Positions 1 through 9,750 of a DNA stretch of 64,000 nucleotides are shown here, piece after piece. Source of the DNA: an uncultured Chloroflexia bacterium (lineage in GTDB: Bacteria > Chloroflexota > Limnocylindria > Limnocylindrales > CSP1-4); assembly GCA_963712745.1 (NCBI GenBank), contig CAVQJC010000015.1, positions 64,001 through 128,000 of the forward strand. Direction: 5' to 3'. A model generated the notes under the pieces. It did no database searches. It was not told the DNA's origin and saw only the letters and a list, made by a program, of their open reading frames with translations. Within the stretch, counting starts at the first letter, position 1. Each line of letters begins with the position of its first letter. The position numbers and the translations under genes are program-made.

Positions 1-1134
1 GGGCTGCTGCTGCTGGCGCTCAGCACCAGTCCCGAGCCAGGGCAGGCACCAGGTGTCGCACCCTCCTCGCCCTCGCCCTCGGTCGAACCGTCGCGGGCGC
101 CGCCGGACTGGCCCGGTGTAGCCTTCGAACCCGTGGCCGACGCGTGCGCCGACCGCTGCGACTGGGTCGACGGCGGAGTCTGGGAGGTCAGCGCCGACCA
201 TCACGGCGACTTCGGCAGCACCCAGGCCATCGCCTTCGGCCCCGATGGTGCGCCATGGTTCCTGAGCGACGACACGCTGTGGCAGCTCGGCGTACCCGAG
301 GTGAGCGCACTGCCCGGGACCTCGCGGGAAGACGACCAGGTCAGCGATCTGGCGGTCGCTGACGACGGCACCCTGTGGGTCGCCAGCGACTTCGGGCTCC
401 ACTCGTTCGACGGCAGGACATGGACGGAGCACTGGACCGGTGCAAGGCTCACGGATGTCGATGTCACCTCCAACGGCGAGGTCATCGCCGTGGGTGGTGG
501 GCGGGTCTCCGGCCTCGAAGAGGCCGAGACACATCCCATCGTCGCCATACGCTTCGACGGGGAAGAGGCGGGCATCCTTGGGGTAGACGTCCTGCCCGAA
601 CGGGTCTGGCCGATGAGTGTCGCGGCCACATCCGACGGTCAGCTGTGGGTGAGCGCGGTCGAGTCTGGCTACGTACCTACGGCTGAGGGAGAGAGCCTCG
701 TCGCCCACTTCGACGGCCAGGTCTGGGAGACGGTGCGACCGCTGGGACCGGACGTGGACGTCGCTGCCTGGTCGCTGGCACCCGGACCCGATGGCACGCT
801 CTGGGCATCCCTCTTGGGCCTCCCCGCCGGTGGCCGGTTCGAGTCGTACCTGGCCAACAACGACGGCGGGGACTGGACGCTGCATGAGACCGAGGAGTTG
901 GACGCGCTGAACCTGCGCGTCGGGCCTGGCGGCGAGGTCTGGTTCGCCGGCGGCGACACGGAAGACGGCGCCCCGGGAGGGGTCGTGGTCTTCGATGGGC
1001 AGGCCTGGACGCGATACCTCGAAGGCGAGTGGATCGGCCCGCTGGCCGTCGCCCCGGATGGCACGGCCTTCGTGGCCACGATCCCCGGCTTCGACGAGGA
1101 CGGGCGACTCTTCGCCATCCGTCCATCGGGCTAG
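1..1134 (+). CDS. Membrane-anchored/secreted beta-propeller protein (5' partial)
   Basis: Frame open from base 1 (GLLLLALSTS hydrophobic stretch, Pro/Ser linker); repeated 'A.xpDGxLWv' and 'FDGxxW' blades. Confidence 0.7.
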   Translation, partial: GLLLLALSTSPEPGQAPGVAPSSPSPSVEPSRAPPDWPGVAFEPVADACADRCDWVDGGVWEVSADHHGDFGSTQAIAFGPDGAPWFLSDDTLWQLGVPEVSALPGTSREDDQVSDLAVADDGTLWVASDFGLHSFDGRTWTEHWTGARLTDVDVTSNGEVIAVGGGRVSGLEEAETHPIVAIRFDGEEAGILGVDVLPERVWPMSVAATSDGQLWVSAVESGYVPTAEGESLVAHFDGQVWETVRPLGPDVDVAAWSLAPGPDGTLWASLLGLPAGGRFESYLANNDGGDWTLHETEELDALNLRVGPGGEVWFAGGDTEDGAPGGVVVFDGQAWTRYLEGEWIGPLAVAPDGTAFVATIPGFDEDGRLFAIRPSG

Positions 1135-1292
1135 CCGATCCTGGGAGCCCGCCGCCGAATGCGGGAACCATTCGACACCTGCCGGGCGGTCTACATGGGT
1201 GCGGGGGGCGATGAGGCGCGGCCCGAGTACGTTGGCCGCCTGGGACGTGCCGAGCCACTGGCGGACCCGACCCGCACCTTGGGAGAGGAGCC

Positions 1293-1829
1293 ATGCACAG
1301 GTTTCGGATGTTCCTGACCACCATCGTGGCGTCGGTGCTGTTCGGCGCCGCGACCGCGTCGGGCGCCATGGCCCAGGAGGAGGGGCCGCCGATGCCGCCA
1401 CCGGGCGACCCGTTCGCCGGGGTCCTGAGCGGCAGTGCGTCGTTCACACCGAACGACGAATGCCCGCTCGGTGTGAAGACGGTCGTCGACTCGGCCGGCG
1501 TGACGACGATCGGTGAAGTCAGCATGCACGCTGAGCACTGCGCGACGCTCGGCGCCCCGACGGTATCCGACGGCGAGGTGACCCTGACCGTCGATGGTGA
1601 TGACCAGATCAGCGGGTCCTACTTCATCGACTGCGACCCGCCGCTACCGACCGTCCCGGAAGGCGAGCTCATCACCTGCCCGGGCCGCTTCGTGTTCACC
1701 GCGGGCACAGGCGTCTTCAGCGAGGTAGCAGGCACCGCCCATACCAGCAGCTACGTATGGTTCCCCGGGACGCTCGAAGCGCAGGAGTGGCCCTGGATCG
1801 CGGAGCTGCACGGCAGCATCAGCTACTGA
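1293..1829 (+). CDS. Secreted hypothetical protein
   Basis: GAGGAG RBS before ATG; signal peptide ending AMA-Q; four Cys; beta-rich. Confidence 0.7.
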   Translation: MHRFRMFLTTIVASVLFGAATASGAMAQEEGPPMPPPGDPFAGVLSGSASFTPNDECPLGVKTVVDSAGVTTIGEVSMHAEHCATLGAPTVSDGEVTLTVDGDDQISGSYFIDCDPPLPTVPEGELITCPGRFVFTAGTGVFSEVAGTAHTSSYVWFPGTLEAQEWPWIAELHGSISY

Positions 1830-1906
1830 GGAAGCGTCAAGGACCGACCCCGTGAGCCAGTCGTCACAGGCCCGTCGCAGTCGTTAATGGCGGTCCGGTG
1901 GGTGGT

Positions 1907-3022
1907 CTAGGGCAGGCTGGTGACGATCGGCTCCACGTCATCGATGGTGGTGATCACGAACCAGACGACATCGCCGCTGGAGAAGATCCAGGCCGCCCGG
2001 TCGTCACCGAGGTCCAGGCGCATGACCTGGCGGTCGCCGACTGTCTGCTCGGCCGTCGCGGAGGTCTCGGCCATCGGCAGGAGAAGCCGGGTGAGGGCGT
2101 CGCGCGCCTGCTCGCCCGGCACGCCCGGGATCGACGCGGCCACGACGTTCACGAAGTCGCTGCTATCGCCACCGCTGCCCTGGGCGACGGTGAGCAGCTC
2201 CAGGTCGGCCTCGTTGGCCTCGGCCAGGTCCTGCAGCTCGGCCAGGATGTCCCGGTCGAGCTGGCCCCCGACCTGCTCCAATGTGAAGGTCGCCTTCTGC
2301 AGGTCGTAGCCGGCAGCGGTGTCGGGCAAGAGGGCGCCGAGCTCTTCGGCCGCCAGCTCGGCCGGGCTGGGCGGCGGTGGTGTGGGCTCAGGGGGTAGCT
2401 CGACCTGCTCCACAGACGTCTCGAGGATGAGGATCGGGTCGTCGATCCGGTCGGAAGGTTCGCGGGCCTCGACGATGGCATCCACGACGTCCATGCCCTC
2501 GACGACACGCCCGAAGATGGTGTACGTGCGATACGCCTCAAGCGCTCGCTCGGCTTCGTCGTCACGGATGATGAAGAACTGGCTGCCCGCCGAGTCCGGC
2601 GCCTGGCTGCGGGCCATGGCCACGACGCCGCGGCCGTACCGCCCCACGACCTCTTCGTCCTTGATGGTGTAGCCGGGGCCGCCGGTACCGTTGCCCTCGG
2701 GGTCGCCCCCCTGGAGCACGAAGCCCGGCAAGGATGCGACGCGATGAAAGCCGAGGCCGTCGTAGAAGCCCTCGTCGGCAAGGTTGAGGAAGTTCTCCGA
2801 GGCCACCGGGGCTGACTCGTTGAAGAGGCCGATGACCACGTCACCGAGCTCGGTCGTCAAACGCACGGCCGTACCGTCGCCGGCCGGCGTATCGAGGGGC
2901 ACAGGATTGGGAGTGGCGTCAGGCGGGCCGTGCGGGCGCTCGTCCTGGGCCAGGACCGGCAGCGCGGTGGCAATGACCATGGCGATGGCAGCCGCAGCAG
3001 CCAGCAGGCGATGTCGAGGCAT
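1907..3022 (-). CDS. Secreted cyclophilin-type peptidyl-prolyl isomerase with extra C-terminal domain
   Basis: FYDGLGFHRV, QGGDPEGNGTGGPGY, AMARSQAPDSAGSQFFI, YTIFGRVVEGMDVVDAI; AAGGAG RBS before ATG 3022; signal peptide. Confidence 0.9.
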   Translation of the reverse strand: MPRHRLLAAAAAIAMVIATALPVLAQDERPHGPPDATPNPVPLDTPAGDGTAVRLTTELGDVVIGLFNESAPVASENFLNLADEGFYDGLGFHRVASLPGFVLQGGDPEGNGTGGPGYTIKDEEVVGRYGRGVVAMARSQAPDSAGSQFFIIRDDEAERALEAYRTYTIFGRVVEGMDVVDAIVEAREPSDRIDDPILILETSVEQVELPPEPTPPPPSPAELAAEELGALLPDTAAGYDLQKATFTLEQVGGQLDRDILAELQDLAEANEADLELLTVAQGSGGDSSDFVNVVAASIPGVPGEQARDALTRLLLPMAETSATAEQTVGDRQVMRLDLGDDRAAWIFSSGDVVWFVITTIDDVEPIVTSLP

Positions 3023-3155
3023 GAGGCTCCTTGGAAGGTCGATGGTGCGACCCCTGTGGGTCCGAGTGAGCATAGGCCAGCCTCGCATTCAGGGCCGTGA
3101 GCGGGCTCCCTCGGTAGGGCATGCTTGGCCGACCGCGAGGACGTGAGGGACTGTC

Positions 3156-4013
3156 ATGACAGATGCGCTGACGCTGCGCCTGATGAACCGAGATGAGGCT
3201 GCCCGGCTGGTGGACTGGGCCGCTGACGAGGGCTGGAACCCCGGCCTCGGCGATGCCGACCTCTTCTGGCAGACCGACCCCGAGGCGTTCGTCGCGGGGG
3301 AGGTCGGCGGTGAGCTGGTCGGCGGCGGCGCCATCACCAGCTACGAGGGCAGGTTCGGGTTCATGGGTCTCTTCATCGTGCGTCCTGAGTTCCGTATGCG
3401 GGGTCTTGGCAGCCGCCTGTGGAAGGCGCGCGTGCGACTGCTGCAGGGACGGCTGGAGCCGGGCGCGGCCATCGGCATGGATGGCGTGTTCGAGATGCAG
3501 GACTGGTACGCGAAGGGAGGGTTCGCGTTCTCACATCGCTCCCTCCGCTACGAGGGCCGGGGCGAAGGGGTCCAGCGTGCGGCCGGGATCGTGGCCGCGG
3601 GTGAGGTGCCGTTCGAGAAGCTCGCGGCGTACGACCGGCGCTGTTTCCCGGCACGTCGCGAGCGCTTCCTGCGTGCCTGGATCGAACAGCCAGACGGCCT
3701 GGCCCTGGCGGCCACCGAGGACGGGCTGCTTCGCGGTTTCGGAGTCATCCGTCGCTGCAGAGTGGGTGCGAAGATAGGGCCGCTCTTCGCCGACGACCCC
3801 GCCACCGCGGAGTCGCTGTATGCCTCGCTGGCAGCATTCGTGCCGGACGAGCCTGTCTTCATCGATGTGCCCGAGGTCAATGCCTGGGCCATGGCGCTGG
3901 CACGGAGGCACCAGATGCGGGAGGTCTTCGGTTGCGCGCGCATGTACCTGGGCCCGGCACCACGGCCGGAGGAGTCGCGCATCTACGGCAGCACCACGTT
4001 CGAGCTGGGATAG
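3156..4013 (+). CDS. GNAT N-acetyltransferase (two-domain, YitH-like C-terminus)
   Basis: EGWNPG, FIVRPEFRMRGLG acetyl-CoA motif, KIGPLFAD, terminal TTFELG. Confidence 0.85.
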   Translation: MTDALTLRLMNRDEAARLVDWAADEGWNPGLGDADLFWQTDPEAFVAGEVGGELVGGGAITSYEGRFGFMGLFIVRPEFRMRGLGSRLWKARVRLLQGRLEPGAAIGMDGVFEMQDWYAKGGFAFSHRSLRYEGRGEGVQRAAGIVAAGEVPFEKLAAYDRRCFPARRERFLRAWIEQPDGLALAATEDGLLRGFGVIRRCRVGAKIGPLFADDPATAESLYASLAAFVPDEPVFIDVPEVNAWAMALARRHQMREVFGCARMYLGPAPRPEESRIYGSTTFELG

Positions 4014-4144
4014 CAGTCGGCGGGTCAGTCGAGGATCCGGACGGCCACGCCCTGCCTTGTCGATGGTCGTCCTCCTACCACGACCCTGCCATCGCCACGG
4101 TAGTTCTCCTGGGCCGGCTACCGTCCTTTGTTGGCTGGTCGGCC

Positions 4145-4175
4145 TACTTTGGCAGTTGACGGACTAAAGTATGCT
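4145..4175 (+). promoter_or_regulatory. Putative ROK operator TACTTT-N15-AAAGTA overlapping a -10 box (TATGCT) of a leaderless gene
   Basis: Inverted repeat at 4145-4150/4166-4171; TATGCT at 4170-4175, 6 nt before in-frame GTG 4182. Confidence 0.5.
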
Positions 4176-4181
4176 GTGGGC

Positions 4182-5442
4182 GTGCCAAAGCATCGCCCGG
4201 TTCCCGGAGAGTCGCTTGACGCCATCGTGGCCATCCTTGAGCTGGTCCGCCGTGGCCGGGCCCACTCGCGGTCCGAGCTCGTGGAGCGCTCCGGGCTGAC
4301 ACGCGCGATCGTCGCTCAGCGGGTGAACGAGCTACTGGCACGTGGCTTCCTCGTCGAGACGGTCGCGCCCAGCACCGGCGGTCGACCGCCGCGCCGGCTC
4401 GAGTTCAGGGCCGCCGCAGGCCATCTGCTGGTTGCCGACGTCGGCGCCACCAGCATCGATGTGGCACTGGCCGACGCAGCCGGGCGGATCCTGGCGCGGC
4501 TCGGCGAAACCGCAGACGTTGGGGCGGGCCCTGACGTCATCCTCGGCCGCATCGACACCATGTTCGAGCAGGTGCTCGTCGACCACCAGCCCCCGGGCGA
4601 GCTGTGGGGCATCGGCATCGGCGTGCCGGGCCCGGTGGAGTTCCGCACGGGTCACCCCATCTCGCCGCCCATCATGCCCGGCTGGGAAGGCTTTCCGGTG
4701 CGCGACCACTTCGTCGAGCGCTACAGCGTCCCGGTCTGGGTCGACAACGACGTGAACATCATGGCCCTGGGCGAGTGGCGCGAAGGGGTGGCCCGAGGCC
4801 ATGACAACTTCATCTTCGTGAAGGTCGGCACGGGCATCGGTTCGGGCATCGTCAGCAACGGCCACATCCACCGTGGGGCCCAGGGCAGCGCAGGCGATAT
4901 CGGTCATATCCAGGTCCTGGGCGAGACGCGCCAGGTCTGCCGCTGCGGCAAGGTCGGCTGCCTGGAGGCACTCGCCGGTGGTGCAGCCCTGGCCCGGGAA
5001 GGCACGGACCTGGCCACGAGCGGATCGAGCGAGCGTCTTGGGTCCATCGTCGCCGAGCACGGCCGGGTCACCGCGCAGGACGTCGTCCGTGCCGCCCGCA
5101 TCGGGGACGCAGCGGCATTGAAGCTGATCGACCAGAGCGCCACGCTCGTCGGCCAGGTCCTCGCAGGCGTTGCCAACTTCTTCAACCCATCGCTCATCGT
5201 CATCGGCGGCGGCGTGGCCCATGCGGGCGACGCCTACCTCGCCACCATCCGCCAGGTCGATCTACGCCCGCAGCACCGCCCTGGCCACGCGCGAGCTGTT
5301 GGTACAGCTCTCGCGTACGGGCAGTCGCGCCGGCGTCATCGGGGCCGCCAGCATGGTCCTCGACGAACTCTTCCGCGAGGAGGAGCTGGCACGCTGGATC
5401 GACAGTGGCCGGCCCATACCCATGGACGGAGCGGCAGCGTGA
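4182..5442 (+). CDS. ROK family transcriptional repressor (NagC/XylR-like); apparent +1 frameshift at ~5259
   Basis: N-terminal HTH, GGRPP, DNDVN, GTGIGSG, GDIGH, CRCGKVGCLE; C-terminus (IYARST...AGVIGAA) continues in another frame to 5442. Confidence 0.88.
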
Positions 5443-5448
5443 CCTCGT

Positions 5449-5510
5449 TTGACCGCATCGGTCTGCATCAGTACATTGGACGGAGGTCATCTAGCCGTCT
5501 AGATGGCCTC
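5449..5510 (+). promoter_or_regulatory. Sigma70-type promoter with dre/NagR-like box and downstream palindrome
   Basis: TTGACC(5449-54)-N17-TACATT(5472-77); ATCGGTCTGCATCAGT (5457-72) matches 12/16 of ACTGGTCTACACCAGT; GAGGTCATCTAG-CCGT-CTAGATGGCCTC at 5483-5510. Confidence 0.65.
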
Positions 5511-5535
5511 GTCGTTTCCTGAGGAGGAGGGATCA

Positions 5536-6690
5536 GTGGAACGCTTCAGCGAGATCGGCGCGGCCGTCATCGGCAGCGGGTTCATCGGCACCGTGCACAT
5601 CGAGGCCCTGCGCCGATTGGGCGTGAACGTGCGCGGCGTCATCGACGCCACGCCGGAGCTGGCCCAGGGTGCGGCCGACCGGCTGGGCCTGCCCGTGGCC
5701 TACCCCGACCTCGACACGGCCCTGGCCGATGCGGACGTCGACATCATCCACGTCACCTCCCCCAACCAGTTCCACTACCCCCAGGTCAAGGCCATCCTGG
5801 CCGCCGGCAAGCACGTTGTCTGCGAGAAGCCGCTGGCCGTCACCTCCGACGAGTCACGCGAGCTGGTGGGCCTGGCCAAGGCGTCCGATCGCATCAGCGC
5901 GGTCAACTTCAACATCCGCTTCTACCCCTTGAACCAGCACGCGCGGCGCATGCTCGCGAACGGCGAGCTGGGAGACGTCCGACTCATCACCGGCCACTAC
6001 TTCCAGGATTGGCTGCTGCTTGACACGGACTGGAACTGGCGCCTGGAGCCCGACAAGGGCGGCACCCTGCGCGCGGTCGGCGACATCGGCAGCCACTGGA
6101 TCGATCTCACCAACTTCATCACCGGCCTCCGTGTGCAGTCGGTCATGGCCGACCTGTCCACCTTCGTGAAGGTGCGTCAGAAGCCGGTCGGCGAGGTCCA
6201 GACCTTCAGCCAGGAGCGCGCGGCCGATACCGAGCCGGTGGAGATGACCACCGACGACGCCGCGGTCATCCTGCTGCGCTACGCGAACGGCGCCCGCGGC
6301 ACTGTCGCCATCAGCCAGGTCAGCGCCGGACGCAAGAACTCCGTGCAGTGGGAGGTCGACGGCGCGGCCGCGGCCGCGGCCTGGGACTCGGAGACCCCCG
6401 ACCATCTCTGGATCGGCCACCGCGGCCGTCCCAACGAGATCCTGCAGCGCGGCGCGGAGCTCATGAACGAGACCGGCATCGCCGCCACGGCTCTGCCCGG
6501 TGGCCACGTCGAGGGCTTCGCCGACAGCATGCTCTCGCACTTCCGCGAGATCTATCGCACCGTCCTGGCCGGGGCCGTCCCGCCCGATCCGCTCTACGCC
6601 ACGTTCGAAGCCGGCCACCACGAGATGACGGTCGGCGACGCGGTGATGCGCAGCGCTGCCGAGGAGCGCTGGGTGGACGTCGCAGACTGA
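5536..6690 (+). CDS. Gfo/Idh/MocA family NAD(P)-dependent oxidoreductase
   Basis: IGSGFIG, HVVCEKPL, DIGSHWID; GAGGAGG RBS before GTG. Confidence 0.92.
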   Translation: MERFSEIGAAVIGSGFIGTVHIEALRRLGVNVRGVIDATPELAQGAADRLGLPVAYPDLDTALADADVDIIHVTSPNQFHYPQVKAILAAGKHVVCEKPLAVTSDESRELVGLAKASDRISAVNFNIRFYPLNQHARRMLANGELGDVRLITGHYFQDWLLLDTDWNWRLEPDKGGTLRAVGDIGSHWIDLTNFITGLRVQSVMADLSTFVKVRQKPVGEVQTFSQERAADTEPVEMTTDDAAVILLRYANGARGTVAISQVSAGRKNSVQWEVDGAAAAAAWDSETPDHLWIGHRGRPNEILQRGAELMNETGIAATALPGGHVEGFADSMLSHFREIYRTVLAGAVPPDPLYATFEAGHHEMTVGDAVMRSAAEERWVDVAD

Positions 6691-6736
6691 GACCGACCAG
6701 CAACTTCGTTAGCACAGCCACACACGAGGAGGAGAC

Positions 6737-7651
6737 GTGAAGCTCGGCTTCCTGACCGCACCGTTCCCGGAGACGCCCCTGATGGAGGTGGCCGACTGGG
6801 CTGCATCGGTGGACTTCGAGGTGCTGGAGATCGCCTGCTGGCCACAGAGCAGCGGTGCCACGCGCAAGTACGCCGGCACCTCGCACATCGACGTGGCCAA
6901 CCTGTCCGACGCCCAGGCGGGCGAGATCAAGGCGCAGATCGCCGCGAAGGGCCTGGACATCTCCGGCCTGGGCTTCTACCCCAACCCGCTGCATCCCGAC
7001 CCCGAGGCCAGGGCCGCGGCCATCGACCATCTGAAGAAGGTCATCGTGGCCACGGGCAAGATGGGTCTGCCGGTGACCAATACGTTCTGTGGTGGCGACG
7101 CCGGCAAGAACGTCGACCAGAACTGGGACGAGGCTCTCAAGGTCTGGCCGGACATCGTCCGGTTCGCGCAGGACAACGGCGTGAAGATCACCTTCGAGAA
7201 CTGCCCCATGATCTTCAGCTACGACGAGTGGCCGGGCGGCCACAACATCGCCTACTCGCCCTACATCTGGCGCCGTATCCTCGAGCAGTGGGGTGGCACC
7301 GTGGGCTTGAACTTCGACCCCAGTCACCTCGTCTGGCTGATGATCGACCAGGGCCGCTTCATCCGCGAGTTCGGCGACCACATCCTCCACTTCCAGGCCA
7401 AGGACGTGATGATCGACCGCGATGGCCTGTACGAGCGCGGCTCGATCTCGGCCGGCATGGGCTGGCAGATCCCACGCATCCCGGGACTCGGTGATGCCCC
7501 CTGGGCGGAGATCTTCAGCGCCCTCTACCGCACCGGCTACGACGGACCCATCATCATCGAGCACGAGGACAAGGTCTTCGAGGGTACCGATGAGAAGGTC
7601 AAGCGCGGGTTCCTGGTGGCGCGTGACATCCTCCGGCCATTCGTGAAGTAA
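6737..7651 (+). CDS. Sugar phosphate isomerase/epimerase (xylose-isomerase-like / AP-endonuclease-2 TIM barrel)
   Basis: FENCPM, NFDPSHL, HFQAKD, IIEHED metal motifs. Confidence 0.88.
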   Translation: MKLGFLTAPFPETPLMEVADWAASVDFEVLEIACWPQSSGATRKYAGTSHIDVANLSDAQAGEIKAQIAAKGLDISGLGFYPNPLHPDPEARAAAIDHLKKVIVATGKMGLPVTNTFCGGDAGKNVDQNWDEALKVWPDIVRFAQDNGVKITFENCPMIFSYDEWPGGHNIAYSPYIWRRILEQWGGTVGLNFDPSHLVWLMIDQGRFIREFGDHILHFQAKDVMIDRDGLYERGSISAGMGWQIPRIPGLGDAPWAEIFSALYRTGYDGPIIIEHEDKVFEGTDEKVKRGFLVARDILRPFVK

Positions 7652-7673
7652 GCGAGGCTAACGACCACCCCTG

Positions 7674-8486
7674 ATGACAGAGTTCAACGGCGTCCGCGCC
7701 TGGTTCGAGGAGGCGGAGACACTGCTCGAGGACATCGTCTCCAGCCAGGCGGAGGTGCTGGAGGAGACCGCCCAGCTGTGCGCCGCGACCATCGCGTCGG
7801 AGGGCCTGGTACACCTCTTCGGTTCGGGCCACTCCCGCATCCCGGTGGAGGAGATGTTCCCGCGCTACGGCAGCTTCCCGGGTTTCCATCCCATCGTCGA
7901 GCTGTCGATGACGTATCACACCGACGTGGTCGGCTCCAACGGCCAGCGCCAGGCCATGTTCATCGAGAAGGTGCCAGGCCTGGCGGAGGTCATCCTCAGC
8001 AACTTCAGCTTCAAGACCAACGACGTGATGATGGTCTTCAGCGCCAACGGACTCAACGCGGTGCCCGTCGAGATGGCCCGTGGCGCGCGCCGGCGTGGCT
8101 GCAAGGTCGTAGCCGTCACAGGCGTGAAGCAGTCACTCGGGGGCGAGCCGGACCCTGCGGTCGGTAGCCGCCTGCTCGACGAGGCCGACATCGTCATCGA
8201 CCTGTGCACGCACGAGGCCGACGCCATGGTCCTCGTGCCCGGCCTGGATACGCCGGTCGGTCCCGGCTCGACGCTGGCCTACGTGGCCATCGTCAATTCC
8301 CTGAAGGTGCGCATCGCCCAGCTCCTGGTTGAGTCGGGCGCGACGCCACCTGTCATCACGCGCGCGTCCGTCGTGGGCGCGGAGCGCTCGCGAGCACTGT
8401 TCGACAGTGCCTACCGGGAACACGCGCGACGTGTCGCGCGGACCATCGTCCGCGAGCCCGATGACGAACCAGGCAGTCAGGCGTAG
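7674..8486 (+). CDS. SIS-domain sugar isomerase-like protein
   Basis: HLFGSGHS, FSANGLN..PVEMA, VVAVT, PVGPGST. Confidence 0.8.
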   Translation: MTEFNGVRAWFEEAETLLEDIVSSQAEVLEETAQLCAATIASEGLVHLFGSGHSRIPVEEMFPRYGSFPGFHPIVELSMTYHTDVVGSNGQRQAMFIEKVPGLAEVILSNFSFKTNDVMMVFSANGLNAVPVEMARGARRRGCKVVAVTGVKQSLGGEPDPAVGSRLLDEADIVIDLCTHEADAMVLVPGLDTPVGPGSTLAYVAIVNSLKVRIAQLLVESGATPPVITRASVVGAERSRALFDSAYREHARRVARTIVREPDDEPGSQA

Positions 8487-8596
8487 CGAGGAGGTGTGAT
8501 CGAGACGCGATAACCGGCTGTTCCACGCAGGCCCAGGGCGCGCCGCGCCTGACGAGCCACCCATCCAACCCTCATGTGAGGAGGACAAGGAGTCAC

Positions 8597-9686
8597 ATGG
8601 ATCACAAGCTTCGCCAAGCTGTTCGCCGCCGGTGCCGCCATGGCACTCGCGGTCTCAAGTGTCGGCATCGCTGCCGCCCAGGACGAGAGCATGGCGCCAG
8701 AGGAGTCTATGGCTGGCGGTGACGGCTATGTCATCGGCATGACGAACTGGCTCGCCGGCAACGGGTGGCGCGAGGAGATGCGCTGCTCGATTCGGGCGGA
8801 GGCGCTGAACTCCGGTCAGGTCAGCCAGGTCATCGAGGCGCACCGCACGACGGACGCCGCCGGCCAGCTCGAGGACATCAACACTCTCATCAACGCCGGC
8901 GTCGACGCCATCATCATCAACCCCATCAGCCCCGACGCGTTCAACGACGTCATCGCTCAGGCGACCAGCCAGGATATCCCGGTCGTGGCCGTTGACCTGG
9001 CCGTCACCGCTCCGGACACATACCTGTTCTCGAACGACCAGGAGGAGTACGGCTACCTCGGCGCCAAGTGGCTGTTCGAGCAGCTCGGTGGCGAGGGTGC
9101 CGTCTTCTACATGCGCGGCGCCGCCGGTACCTCGGCCGACACCGACCGTGACAACGGCTTCAAGCGCGCCATGGATGAGTACCCCGGCATCACCATCGCC
9201 CAGGAGGTCTTCACCAACTGGGACCAGCCGACCGGTACGCAGCAGATGCTTGACATGCTGGCCACGGGCATCCCGTTCGATGGCATCTGGACGTCGGGCA
9301 TCGATAGCGTCGTTGTCGACGCGCTCAAGCAGCAGGGTGCGTCGTTCGTTCCGATCGTGGGCGCGGACAACTCCGGATTCGTCGAGCAGCTGCTCACCGA
9401 GGAGGGCCTCGTCGGCGCCGCGGTGACCAACTCCGGAGCTGTCGGCGGTGCCGGCCTCGGCCTGGCTCTCGACATCCTCAACGGGGAGGAGCCCGCGGAT
9501 CCCCAGGTCAAGACGACTCCCGAGGTCTGGGACAACCAGAGCGAGGAGGGCCTGGCGGCTCTCGAGACCGGGTTCGACCAGGACATCGTCAACAAGGACC
9601 CGTTCTGGCCGCTGGTGTACGCGCTACCGCCGCACACGACGTACAGCAAGGAGCAGATCCTGGCCTGCGAAGAGGTCGGCGCCTAG
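8597..9686 (+). CDS. Sugar ABC transporter substrate-binding protein (RbsB-like); apparent +1 base just after ATG
   Basis: AAGGAG RBS then ATG 8597; removing one G at 8600 gives signal peptide MITSFAKLFAAGAAMALAV...; GVDAIIINP, IPVVAVD. Confidence 0.88.
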
Positions 9687-9701
9687 TCGCTCCGCCATAT
9701 C

Positions 9702-9726
9702 GGGGTGCCGGTCCGTCCGGCACCCC
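9702..9726 (+). other. Intercistronic stem-loop after the binding-protein gene
   Basis: GGGGTGCCGG-TCCGT-CCGGCACCCC perfect 10-bp stem. Confidence 0.6.
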
Positions 9727-9750
9727 AACGCGACCCCTCGGGGTGACTGC

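Noticed and set aside
8488-8513. Leader peptide MIETR after a strong GAGGAGGT
   Set aside because: No spacing between SD and GTG, only five codons, and no supporting structure
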